Below, piece by piece: positions 31,543 to 42,221 of a stretch of DNA of 64,000 nucleotides (position 1 is its first letter; every line of letters begins with the position of its first letter). Origin of the DNA: an uncultured Chlamydiae bacterium (GTDB lineage: Bacteria > Chlamydiota > Chlamydiia > Chlamydiales > JAJFMB01). The notes below the pieces were generated by a model. It had not been told where the DNA came from, made no database searches, and saw only the letters and a list, made by a program, of their open reading frames with translations. A program made the translations under genes and the position numbers. The stretch spans positions 352,001 to 416,000 of the forward strand of contig CAVOJR010000001.1 in NCBI GenBank assembly GCA_963696295.1. The letters run 5' to 3'.

Positions 31543-31854
31543 TCAATAGCTAATATTAAAATTGTTTTTAGCAAGCGTAACCAAACAGGTCACAGCTTTC
31601 TCGGCGTCAATCCCTTCTGCTTCCACTTTAATTTTCGTGCCTTTTGATGCTGCCATCATCAAAATGCCAAGTAGCGATTTCGCGTTTGCTTTGTGCTTTT
31701 GGCAAGTCAAATAAATTTCAGATTTAAATAGCGCGGCGCATTTGACAATTTCCGTTGAAGGGCGAGTGTGCAATCCCCGATCGTTGCTAACAACAAAATA
31801 TCCTTTAGCTTTTTGCTTATTCGGAGCCATTTCTTTAGTGTGCATAAAAGTCAT
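31543..31854 (-). CDS. ptsH: phosphocarrier protein HPr
   Basis: GLHTRPS and AKSLLGILMM motifs. Confidence 0.92.
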   Translation of the reverse strand: MTFMHTKEMAPNKQKAKGYFVVSNDRGLHTRPSTEIVKCAALFKSEIYLTCQKHKANAKSLLGILMMAASKGTKIKVEAEGIDAEKAVTCLVTLAKNNFNISY

Positions 31855-32060
31855 ATTCTAAATTTTGTTAACCAATCACGTTTTATGGATTTGCGTTATT
31901 TTAGTGACTGAAAAAATAAATATCTACAAAATTTATTCTTTTTTTTTCTAAAAGCCGGATTTTCTCCTATCTTCCTAAGAATCAATGGCACCAAATTGAA
32001 ACTTTCCCATAAATAATATTCAGGTTAGAATAAAACATCAAAAATAAGGAGAATTGCGCC

Positions 32061-33893
32061 ATGGTTGTCGCCAGAAATGAAGTCCCTCAGCAAGATCGCT
32101 GGAATGTAGAAGCGCTCTACCCGTCTTTTGAAGCGTGGAATAAAGAATTTGAAGTGGCAAACCGTTCGAAACAACAGCCCAAATGGCCCGAAATTTTAGC
32201 CTTTCACGGACATCTGCATGAAGGTCCGGAAAAGGTTTTCGAGGCCTTTAAACAAATTTTCGACGTTTCCCGCCAGCTTGAAAAACTCTACACCTACGCC
32301 CACCTGAAGCATGACGAGGATATCGCCGAAGAGCGCTATAAAGCAGCGCTTGCCAAAATTATTTCCCTTTATCACGAATTTTCCAAAGAAACATCCTGGT
32401 TTGAACCGGAGCTTTTGGCGATCAACCAGGAATTAATGGACGGCTTTCTGATATCTCCTGAGCTCAAAGAGTTCCGATTCTATCTGGAAAAAATCCTGAG
32501 AAGGCGCAAACACACCCTTTCCCTCAAAGAAGAGAAACTGCTCGCCCTGGCAGGCCCTGCCCTGACGGGCCCCAGCAAGGCCTTTAGCGCATTAAACGAT
32601 GCCGACTTTAACTTCGGCACGGCTAAAGACAGTCAGGATTTTGAACAGGAAATCACCCATGGGACCTATGCCCTTTTTATCAGAAGCCAGGACCGTGTTT
32701 TGCGTAAAAACGCCTTCGAACGGTATCACTCCCAGTACAGGAAATATGAGAACACTCTGGCAGAACTGATCAACGGCCAGGTGCAAACTCACCTCTTTAA
32801 TGCCACTGCGAGAAACTACTCGAGCTGCCTGGAAGCTGCCCTTTATCCAAAAAACATCGACACCCATGTCTACCATTCCCTTATCCGGGCCGCCACTGAC
32901 AGGATGGATTCCCTGCATAAGTATGTCGCTTTAAGAAAGAAAGCTTTAGGCGTCGACGTGCTCAACTATTACGATTTGCAAGTGCCTCTCATAAAAGACG
33001 TTGAAATCAAAATGCCTTACAAGGAAGCCGAAGAGATCGTGATCGAATCGGTCGCTCCCCTTGGCGCTGAATATCAAAACTTACTCCGCAAAGGGTTCAA
33101 AGAGGACCGCTGGGTGGACCGCTATGAAAACAAAAATAAGCGCTCCGGCGGCTACTCATCCGGCTGCTTCGACAGCATGCCCTATATTCTGATGAACTAC
33201 AAAGACCTTTTAAGGGATGTCTTCACCCTGGCCCATGAAGCCGGCCACAGCATGCACAGCCTCTACTCGCGCAACAGCCAGCCCTACTGGTATTCCGACT
33301 ACCCGATTTTTATCGCCGAAGTCGCCTCCACCTTCAACGAAGATCTGCTTATGCGGCTCCTTCTCGAACGGGTCAAATCCAAGGAGGAAAAGATTTATTT
33401 GATTAACCAGAAGATCGACGACATCCGCGGCACGCTGTTTAGACAGACCCTGTTCGCCGAATTTGAACTGGCCATCCATACTTTTGCCGAGAACCACACG
33501 CCGATCACCCCTCAGCTGCTTAGGGACACTTACAGAGGTTTAAATAAAAAATACTTTGGCGAGGAGCTGCATTTAACCGAAAGCTCCGATATCGAGTGGG
33601 CGCGGATTCCCCATTTTTATTATAATTTCTATGTCTTTCAGTATGCTACCGGCATCAGCGCCGCCCTTGCCCTGACCGACCGGGTCCTGGGAGGAGGTAA
33701 AGCGGAGAGGAACGACTACCTGAACTTCCTGAAGTCGGGCAGCAGCCTCTACCCCATTGATACCATGCTGCTCGCGGGAGTGGACATGCGCTCCCCTGAG
33801 CCGGTGATCAAGGCGATCGACAAGTTTTCGGCGCTGGTGGATGAGCTCGACAAACTTATGTTCAGGGACAGCCAAAAAATAAATGCCCCTTAG
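32061..33893 (+). CDS. pepF: oligoendopeptidase F
   Basis: KRSGGYSSG, TLAHEAGHSMHS, AEVAST, WARIPHFY. Confidence 0.96.
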   Translation: MVVARNEVPQQDRWNVEALYPSFEAWNKEFEVANRSKQQPKWPEILAFHGHLHEGPEKVFEAFKQIFDVSRQLEKLYTYAHLKHDEDIAEERYKAALAKIISLYHEFSKETSWFEPELLAINQELMDGFLISPELKEFRFYLEKILRRRKHTLSLKEEKLLALAGPALTGPSKAFSALNDADFNFGTAKDSQDFEQEITHGTYALFIRSQDRVLRKNAFERYHSQYRKYENTLAELINGQVQTHLFNATARNYSSCLEAALYPKNIDTHVYHSLIRAATDRMDSLHKYVALRKKALGVDVLNYYDLQVPLIKDVEIKMPYKEAEEIVIESVAPLGAEYQNLLRKGFKEDRWVDRYENKNKRSGGYSSGCFDSMPYILMNYKDLLRDVFTLAHEAGHSMHSLYSRNSQPYWYSDYPIFIAEVASTFNEDLLMRLLLERVKSKEEKIYLINQKIDDIRGTLFRQTLFAEFELAIHTFAENHTPITPQLLRDTYRGLNKKYFGEELHLTESSDIEWARIPHFYYNFYVFQYATGISAALALTDRVLGGGKAERNDYLNFLKSGSSLYPIDTMLLAGVDMRSPEPVIKAIDKFSALVDELDKLMFRDSQKINAP

Positions 33894-33916
33894 CACTCAA
33901 AGATGAATACTGCTAA
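33890..33916 (+). promoter_or_regulatory. CIRCE (HrcA operator) upstream of groESL
   Basis: TTAGCACTC-N9-TACTGCTAA versus consensus TTAGCACTC-N9-GAGTGCTAA. Confidence 0.8.
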
Positions 33917-33990
33917 CTTTAAAGTTGCTATTTAATAGCCACATCGGTTATTTTTCTAGACGACAAACAACAACCAAGGAGATGCCAGCC

Positions 33991-34336
33991 ATGTCTCAGA
34001 CAGCACTAAAAAATACAAATCAACAACAGAAAGCACATGGAAATCCTAACTTGCAGCCTATAGGAAACCGCGTGCTCGTAAAGCGTTTAGAAGCGGAAGA
34101 AACCCTGAAAGGGGGAATCATCCTGCCCGATACCGCCAAGAAAAAACAGGAGCAGGCGAAAGTGATCGCCATTGGCACAGGCAAAAAAGATAAACAGGGC
34201 AATCTCATTCCCTTTTCCGTGAAAGTCGGAGATATCATCTTGATGGAAAAATATTCCGGACAAGAAGTGACTGTGGGACGATCAAGAATATGTAATCGTT
34301 CGAGCCGATGATCTCATTGCTATTATTGAAAATTAA
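33991..34336 (+). CDS. groES: co-chaperonin GroES (one frameshift near 34276)
   Basis: LQPIGNRVLVKR..GGIILPDTAKKK; removing one G restores EVTVDDQEYVIVRADDLIAIIEN*. Confidence 0.92.
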
Positions 34337-34342
34337 TTTTAA

Positions 34343-35981
<1,639 letters not shown>

Positions 35982-35989
35982 AAAAAGTG

Positions 35990-36012
35990 AGGCCCGGTGC
36001 AAATCGGGCCTT
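35990..36012 (+). terminator. hairpin after groEL
   Basis: AGGCCCGG-tgcaaa-TCGGGCCT. Confidence 0.55.
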
Positions 36013-36054
36013 GCCAAAAAAATAGCCAATCGGCTATAACTGATGTTTCTTTAT

Positions 36055-36126
36055 TCCGGATTAGCTCAGCGGTAGAGCAGTGGACTGTTAATCCATTGGT
36101 CGCTAGTTCGAATCTAGCATCCGGAG
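36055..36126 (+). tRNA. tRNA-Asn(GTT)
   Basis: Acceptor TCCGGAT/ATCCGGA, D arm AGCTCAGCGGTAGAGC, anticodon arm GTGGA-CTGTTAA-TCCAT, T loop GTTCGAAT; CCA not encoded. Confidence 0.97.
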
Positions 36127-36139
36127 AAGTCTAAGATTA

Positions 36140-36178
36140 AGGCAGTTGCGACGAGAGTTGTAACTGCCCTTTTTGTTT
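36140..36178 (+). terminator. intrinsic terminator after tRNA-Asn
   Basis: GGCAGTTGCGAC-gaga-GTTGTAACTGCC followed by CTTTTTGTTT. Confidence 0.75.
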
Positions 36179-36221
36179 CAGATGCCCTCTTAACTAGACA
36201 GCAAGAACCTCTAGCCGGAGT

Positions 36222-36372
36222 TTACAAACTCTGAGCTTCTTCCACATTCCGAAGAGCGATCAGCAAAAGATTTTTTGATTCCTCCCTTAAGACTTTCTTC
36301 CAAAGCGTCATTTAGATAAACAGCGGCCTCATCTTGATTTTTTAGCAGAAATTCCTGATATTTTCTTATCAT
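36222..36372 (-). pseudogene. remnant of an addiction-module antidote (HI1420-like)
   Basis: MIRKYQEFLLKNQDEAAVYLNDALEESLKG then shifted frame LLLIALRNVEEAQ; HTH part missing. Confidence 0.6.
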
Positions 36373-36502
36373 GTTCTCACTCTAAAATAATGAAATTCTA
36401 ACATCAAATTTTATGTTACCAAATGTAGCATAAAAAATATCCCTTTTAGAATAAATGGAATTATAATATCATTATACTCCAAATATATTTGCATGTGAAA
36501 TA

Positions 36503-38068
36503 ATGGCAAATCAAGTACAAAGCTTTCTTAGAAATCAGTGTTTTCTTATTTGGCATAACAATAGAGGACTCATTGCCACCCCACGTGTTCCTTCTGAAAA
36601 CCCGCCCAACGACATTTTTGAGTCGATCAAGGCGATAGCCATGGCTATTCAGGCTAACGTACCGCTCAATTTGGATGCACAGGAGGAAGGAGCTCTGCTA
36701 AAACTCACCTATCCTTTAGCTGGAAGTTATTTAAGCCCATCAGTCCAAAAGATTAACACTTATATTAGACAAAAGTGGCGCAATTCTTACTTGGGTACTC
36801 ACGCAGATCAAGGGAACGTTGTTTTATGGTTCGTTGCGTTTATGGGGCAACGTAATTCCTATTTATACAAAGACCAGGCCTATTTCTACAGGAGTATGGA
36901 TGGCTTTCTAAGCTTTTATCAAAATGTGCCGGCTACCCTAAAGCCCCTTATCAAAGATCTTTGCAAGGCATACCCGCAGGTATTTTCTGCTTGCGGCGAC
37001 CCGGAATCGCATGGCTATTTCCTGGCCCGCCTGCTTGAAAAAAACGATCCTCTCACAGAGCCTTGCCTTAGAAAAATTCTCTCCGGTAAAAACTCGAAGG
37101 AGAACCTTTTAAAAAACTGGCTTAATGTTCCGAGAAGGCTCTACTGCATCCCGTTTAATTCCTCTCTCAAAGAGCTAAGGGATCTTGCTTCAAATGAAAT
37201 TCCCCCCGAGTGGATTCATCGCACCCTGCAACAACTGCTCTTTTTTACAGATGCCACCCTCCCCAACAATTCGGTCAATCTGCTCGCTCTAAATCCATCT
37301 TTCTTCGATTTTTACTACTATTTAAGGGTAGGCCACCCCTATGACCATGAGCGTTTGAAGCAGACATTCCCATTGCCCAAGGAGTTTAACCAGGAAAAGC
37401 AAACACAGTATAGAGCGCTTCTTCATCAAAGCGTCTGTATGGCTGCAGAATGCCTTCGAGACAATAATTGGAACCTGGATCAAATCCTGGCCTATTTTAT
37501 GCTGCGGAGAAACTTTATCGCGCATTATTTAGGTGAAAAGGATCCGGAAGAGACGGCCATACCCGGACCGGTCGAAGGAAAATCGCTAAAAACGCCTTGT
37601 CATGGGCCTTTATGGGCTGATCTCCGTGCGCTACTCTCCAATCCTCAAAATTGGAACGGATTTGTCCATCAGGAAGGAGATGCTTATCACCTTCAGGCCG
37701 CTCTTGGCAATCAACAGTTCACACACTCCACAATTGTCTTAAGCGGTGAGGATGTGATAGTGGAGCACGGCAAGAACCCCCAAATCAGGAAAGAGATTCT
37801 TAAAGGGGTGGGAATCCTGTTTGAACGCGCAAAAAACGAACAGGGCCTGCCGTTTATGAAAAGTCTGGGACTGATTTTTTGGTGGATCATCCGATCGAAA
37901 CAGTGGCTTTCCGGAGAAGTCGGAATCGCCGAGGGGGTTGTTCGATCCCTCGCCTTGACAAAGGGGGTTCTCCCTCCCTGGAAACCGGGCGTTGCGCCGG
38001 CTGATGAGGTGATGAAGCATTTCGATCCAAATGAGTTTGCAGAGAAATTCCCGAGTTTCTTTCTTTAG
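36503..38068 (+). CDS. hypothetical protein with AvrB/AvrC-like C-terminus
   Basis: IFWWIIRSKQWLSGEVGIAEGVVRSLALTKGVLPPWKPGVAPADEV..EFAEKFPSFF. Confidence 0.6.
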   Translation: MANQVQSFLRNQCFLIWHNNRGLIATPRVPSENPPNDIFESIKAIAMAIQANVPLNLDAQEEGALLKLTYPLAGSYLSPSVQKINTYIRQKWRNSYLGTHADQGNVVLWFVAFMGQRNSYLYKDQAYFYRSMDGFLSFYQNVPATLKPLIKDLCKAYPQVFSACGDPESHGYFLARLLEKNDPLTEPCLRKILSGKNSKENLLKNWLNVPRRLYCIPFNSSLKELRDLASNEIPPEWIHRTLQQLLFFTDATLPNNSVNLLALNPSFFDFYYYLRVGHPYDHERLKQTFPLPKEFNQEKQTQYRALLHQSVCMAAECLRDNNWNLDQILAYFMLRRNFIAHYLGEKDPEETAIPGPVEGKSLKTPCHGPLWADLRALLSNPQNWNGFVHQEGDAYHLQAALGNQQFTHSTIVLSGEDVIVEHGKNPQIRKEILKGVGILFERAKNEQGLPFMKSLGLIFWWIIRSKQWLSGEVGIAEGVVRSLALTKGVLPPWKPGVAPADEVMKHFDPNEFAEKFPSFFL

Positions 38069-38892
38069 ATCGCTAAGCAGACGTAGGCTACAGCTGAGAC
38101 GGCCAGGAAGCCCTGCAAAGTTCTCTCCTTCTTTTTGAGATTCAGGCCGTAAATGGAGATTTGGAGGGCATTCAGGCTCAATCGCGGTTTATTCTCCTCA
38201 GGAGCGGCGTTTTGCAGTTCGAGGTTTTCCCGGATAAGATTTTCTTTGCTCTCTTGAAGCTCTTTAATGCTCTTGACGAGGTCTTCGCACACGGCTTTTT
38301 GCTTCCAATCGAAAACGTCTAGAGAGGCTAGTTCCATTTCTTCAAAAACTTCCCTGGCGGCGCTGGCAGCTGTTGCCGAGGGTCTTGTCGACACTATCCG
38401 GTCGATGCGGCTTAAACCCGATTCCCGGGGGAGCTGCTGAAATAAACGCTCGGTTCGCTCGGGATGGAAATGGAGCCTTAATGTCTTCAGCCACGGGACC
38501 AGGAATCTGACGATCGTGTGAGGCTTTTTCGTGAAGAGTGCGGGATTTTGCGGAGAAACGGGGGAGCGCGTTTTAAATTCTTCAGGGGCGTGATGGTGAT
38601 AAACTCTTAAGAATTGGTTTCCGTAAGCAAAACCGTCGCTGCCGAGCCAGGATTTGTCGTCGAGCGGTTCGTGGGTAATGGGATTGGTTAACAGCTGCTC
38701 CAGGAGATCGAGAAACTGGGAGGCAGCGGCCTCTCCCCTTAGGGTAAATTCCCGGTGCCACACCCGAAGCGCTTGCGAAAGATCGTCTTGCAAGGGGGAG
38801 CTGCTCAGTAAATTCCCAATCTCTTCCAATTTGCCGGGAAGAGGGAGTGGGGTCAAAATTTGGGGTGAAGGGTAAAGGGAAATTCGGTTCAT
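38065..38892 (-). CDS. U-box-like protein with coiled coil and C-terminal hydrophobic anchor
   Basis: LTNPITHEPLDD..GSDGFAY..RSPVS..PHTIVRFLVPWL; start MNRISL. Confidence 0.55.
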   Translation of the reverse strand: MNRISLYPSPQILTPLPLPGKLEEIGNLLSSSPLQDDLSQALRVWHREFTLRGEAAASQFLDLLEQLLTNPITHEPLDDKSWLGSDGFAYGNQFLRVYHHHAPEEFKTRSPVSPQNPALFTKKPHTIVRFLVPWLKTLRLHFHPERTERLFQQLPRESGLSRIDRIVSTRPSATAASAAREVFEEMELASLDVFDWKQKAVCEDLVKSIKELQESKENLIRENLELQNAAPEENKPRLSLNALQISIYGLNLKKKERTLQGFLAVSAVAYVCLAI

Positions 38893-38893
38893 T

Positions 38894-39772
38894 TCATGAA
38901 AATAATTGGGAAAATTCTTGCGCGGGCATGGCGTAATTAAATGCCGTTTGATGCGACTGCATATTTCCAAAGTCTTTTTTCCGGTATTTCGGAAAGTTTT
39001 CTAAAGTGATGAAACATACCATCGAATATCGGCCTGTATGGGCTGTCTGATTGGTGGCTACCACCCGGTGGTAAAGGGCTTTCAGCTCTCCCTTGGAAAT
39101 AAGCTGCAGCTGCATCGAAGGGATGATGACCGTTTGCTTTTCATTCACGGGCATATCGTTCCATTCCGGCTTATCGAGGGAATAGTATTGCAAGCCTTCA
39201 TCGCTTTCATACAGATGGAGGGTAAAGCCCCCTTTATCGGCATGGGGAGCGGCGATTTCGGCGCCCTCACTTTGATTCCCAAAGTAGTGAAGGTAGCGCA
39301 AAGTCCAGTAGGGCTTGCTTAACTTCACTTCCTCCTCCAGTCCTTTCAGGCCAAACTCCTTTTCAAGGCTTGCCGCGTACTGCAAAATAATGGGCTCCAT
39401 CCGGTCCAGAAGATTTTTGGCATCCTGTAAAAAAAGGAAGGAGCGCCCTAGCGCGATTTTTTCCAGGCGTTCGGATTGATGCAGAGTCACGTGGAAATTT
39501 TCCTTGAGATCTTTCCCGGCCCCCTTCTCCTCCTTCAATTCATACCCGCAGCCATCCCCATGGGTATCTTCGAGGAAAGCAAAAAGCCCTTTTTCCTCAC
39601 GGGTAAGGGAGCAAAAATCCTTCCAGGAAGCCACCGCCCTCTCTACTATCCCCCTCAAATTGTCGGGATAATCCACATTACTGAGGCCGAGCTTGCGCAG
39701 CTCCTGCATGGAATTTGAAGATTGCGTATCCAATACAGCGCCTGGACGAGATAAGGATGTTACCGCACTCAT
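38894..39772 (-). CDS. 2OG-Fe(II) oxygenase (IPNS-like)
   Basis: LRYLHY, HADKGGFTL, LYHRV, RYSMV. Confidence 0.88.
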   Translation of the reverse strand: MSAVTSLSRPGAVLDTQSSNSMQELRKLGLSNVDYPDNLRGIVERAVASWKDFCSLTREEKGLFAFLEDTHGDGCGYELKEEKGAGKDLKENFHVTLHQSERLEKIALGRSFLFLQDAKNLLDRMEPIILQYAASLEKEFGLKGLEEEVKLSKPYWTLRYLHYFGNQSEGAEIAAPHADKGGFTLHLYESDEGLQYYSLDKPEWNDMPVNEKQTVIIPSMQLQLISKGELKALYHRVVATNQTAHTGRYSMVCFITLENFPKYRKKDFGNMQSHQTAFNYAMPAQEFSQLFS

Positions 39773-39818
39773 ATGATGTCCTTTAAGAAATAGCAAAATT
39801 TTAGCTAATCTCACTTTT

Positions 39819-40286
39819 TTAAAGATAGGAAATCTTTCGAAAACGGCTGCTCAAGCGCGCTCCATCGTGCCGATCTTCCCAGGAAGGATCTGCTTTTGAA
39901 AGGACCATAACTTCACAATTTTCTTCCGTTTTCAGGTGGGAAATCACTTGATTGTCTTCGGAGAGAAGACAGGCATTGAGCTGACCGGGGGTAAGCTTAT
40001 ACTTGCTTCCCGTTACCGCATCCACAGCAATACCGATGACCCCACCAAACACCAGGTTTCCAAACACCCATCCGCTCACTGTAGGAACAATTTGGGCATT
40101 ATACGGTTTAAACACTTCGAGTTCGATCTGCACCATATAGGGCTCTGCGCGCTTTAAGCAAACATACATCGGGGTCGTTCCCATTAATTGCTGATTTACC
40201 CAGACATTAGCGCCTTGCGGCTCGCTGTTGAAAGCTACCTGCTGGTATTTCCCATTCTTAATAGTAGCGCAGCTGGTTAAAATCGT
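39819..40286 (-). pseudogene. 5'-truncated PEGA-domain lipoprotein
   Basis: TILTSCATIKNGKYQQVAFNSEPQGANVWVNQQLMGTTP; lipobox retained, upstream in-frame stop, no start. Confidence 0.65.
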
Positions 40287-40422
40287 TTATTGGCACCGGC
40301 TGACAGTCGCCCAATTTGTGGAGAATGCCCTCAGAGAAGCAATCACCAAGGCTGAGAATGAAAATGGGGGAACATTTAAGAAGCGGGCTTCCAAGCTGAG
40401 ACCTGGACGACCTTTGAAGTAG
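40280..40422 (+). pseudogene. C-terminal remnant of a small plasmid-type (RHH-like) protein
   Basis: IVYWHRLTVAQFVENALREAITKAENENGGTFKKRASKLRPGRPLK*; abuts the PEGA fragment. Confidence 0.45.
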
Positions 40423-40430
40423 GGTCGCCG

Positions 40431-41273
40431 CTATCCCCAATGATACCACTTTTTCTTTACCCTTCCGCAATAAAAACAAAAAGTGTGTCTCTCCTCACCG
40501 AGATCATAGGTGAACATGACATATTGAAGCTCTTTTGCGATATTCTTGGGTATTTCGATTCTAAAGTCTGCAGTGTAAGAAGTACCAGGGAATATTGTAG
40601 TTGAATCAAAATAATTATTATTTAGTTGAAATAAAACCGCATCATGTTTTGCGTTAATATTATTACCAATGACTGCTGCATCATAGGCGACTTGTCTTTG
40701 AGCCTGTTGACGAAGAGCTTCAACGTGTATCGTGCCGCTAGTGGTAGAAGAGCCACTACCATATACAGAACCATTGGCCCATTCATTTGATCCAATAACA
40801 TTAATGTTGGAATTATAATTCCCATAGGTTTGTGATTGGTAATTGATATCACCTGCGGATTGAGCATTAGCCGCCTGAAGGCCAACGCATAATGCTGCCC
40901 CAAATTGTCTCCAGGACCTGGAGCTTTCGTTCTCAGCTATTAATTCCTTTTTACGAATACATTTTATAGAACGCCCTAATTGATCAGAGATTCGTAAATT
41001 TGAAACATAGAAATTGATGGGTTTATCCGAGAAGTTAGATATGCCAAAAGAAAAATCTGCTTTTCTATCAGCTATCGTTTCACTTATTTGGCACATCATC
41101 ACTAAGTTATTCTTTTGCGAGGAAATAATTGAAACCCCTTTATCTAATATTTCATTCTGATAATCGTATTTCGTCGATTTTATGTATCTCTCAGCAAAAC
41201 AAGCATTAACAAATAAGCAACTTACTATAAAAAAAACTGTAGCATTCATCTTCAATCCCAGATCCATTATCAT
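40431..41273 (-). CDS. exported hypothetical protein
   Basis: Signal peptide-like N-terminus; AT-rich 280-aa ORF. Confidence 0.7.
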   Translation of the reverse strand: MIMDLGLKMNATVFFIVSCLFVNACFAERYIKSTKYDYQNEILDKGVSIISSQKNNLVMMCQISETIADRKADFSFGISNFSDKPINFYVSNLRISDQLGRSIKCIRKKELIAENESSRSWRQFGAALCVGLQAANAQSAGDINYQSQTYGNYNSNINVIGSNEWANGSVYGSGSSTTSGTIHVEALRQQAQRQVAYDAAVIGNNINAKHDAVLFQLNNNYFDSTTIFPGTSYTADFRIEIPKNIAKELQYVMFTYDLGEERHTFCFYCGRVKKKWYHWG

Positions 41274-41335
41274 AATTGAAGGTATTATCAGAAATGCTGG
41301 TATTTACTGTAAATTGATATGATTTTTTGAGAGGC

Positions 41336-41739
41336 TTAGAAGGGAATGCCGTCTTCCTCGATCTTCTCTTGAGCCCCTGAATGGATGGACATGCTTGCGG
41401 CATATTCACCTTTTTCAGCTGGCTTTGAGGATGGCAAGAAGTTCACGTCAGAGACAAAGATTGTTAGGTCGATTTCATGGTAACCATTCCTACTCGTAAA
41501 CTCTTGGCTTTTGCAGTCTATCTACCTACAACACAAATGGAGCTGCCTTTATCTTAATAGGTGGTGGCTATGGCAGAGTTATCTCCATTCATCAACATGC
41601 AGCGATACCAGGTGGTTTCTTCCTTCTGCCCTTTCTTCTCTGAAAATGCCAAGCTGAAAGAGAGATAGTTTGTTCCATTTTTGGATTGCTTTAACTCAGG
41701 CTTATTGACCATGCGACCGTTAGCCATAATCAATGTCAT
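41336..41739 (-). pseudogene. ssb: single-stranded DNA-binding protein pseudogene (mobile-element type)
   Basis: GRMVNKPELKQSKNG..TTWYRC..Y*DKGSSICVVGR* then frameshift to ..IFVSDVNFL..EEDGIPF* acidic tip. Confidence 0.8.
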
Positions 41740-41845
41740 TCTGCGGTTAAAGAGAGAAGTAATGCTATCAATAAATTAAATTTCATTTCCTGCCTCGTTT
41801 AAGGATCATTTTGAGAGAACAGTCTATCAGTTTCTCATTTCCAAT

Positions 41846-42156
41846 GCAATCACGGCTATTGGTATATTTTCGTCCACTTGGTATTTCGGAGCGAGACCTA
41901 AGGAATCGCAATACTTGTGAGGAGTTCATAGCTTTAGCTATGGAAGACGAGGCCGCCGGTCGCAGCCGAAATGCCACTGGACGAAATTATACCAGTAGCC
42001 GCAATCACGGCTATTGGTATATTTTCGTCCACTTGGTATTTCGGAGCGAGATCAAGGAATCGCAATACTTGTGAGGAGTTCATAGCTTTAGCTATGGAAG
42101 ACGAGGCCGCCGGTCGCAGCCCGAAATGCCACTGGACACCAGTAGCCGCAATCACG
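41846..42156. repeat. two tandem copies (155 and 147 bp) of a palindromic element separated and flanked by GCAATCACG
   Basis: Arms GGCTATTGGTATATTTTCGTCCA..TTTCGG / CCGAAATGCCACTGGACGAAATTATACCAGTAGCC; central TTCATAGCTTTAGCTATGGAA. Confidence 0.9.
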
Positions 42157-42221
42157 ATTTTTTATTTGCTAAACTAAAGACTCATTTTATAAAATGGCGC
42201 AAATCCTTACCCGGGAGCATC

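Noticed and set aside
41783..42221. Small ORFs containing CEEFIALAMEDE and the extended NHL N-terminus
   Set aside because: Translations of the palindromic repeat; the NHL gene has a better start with signal peptide at 42222
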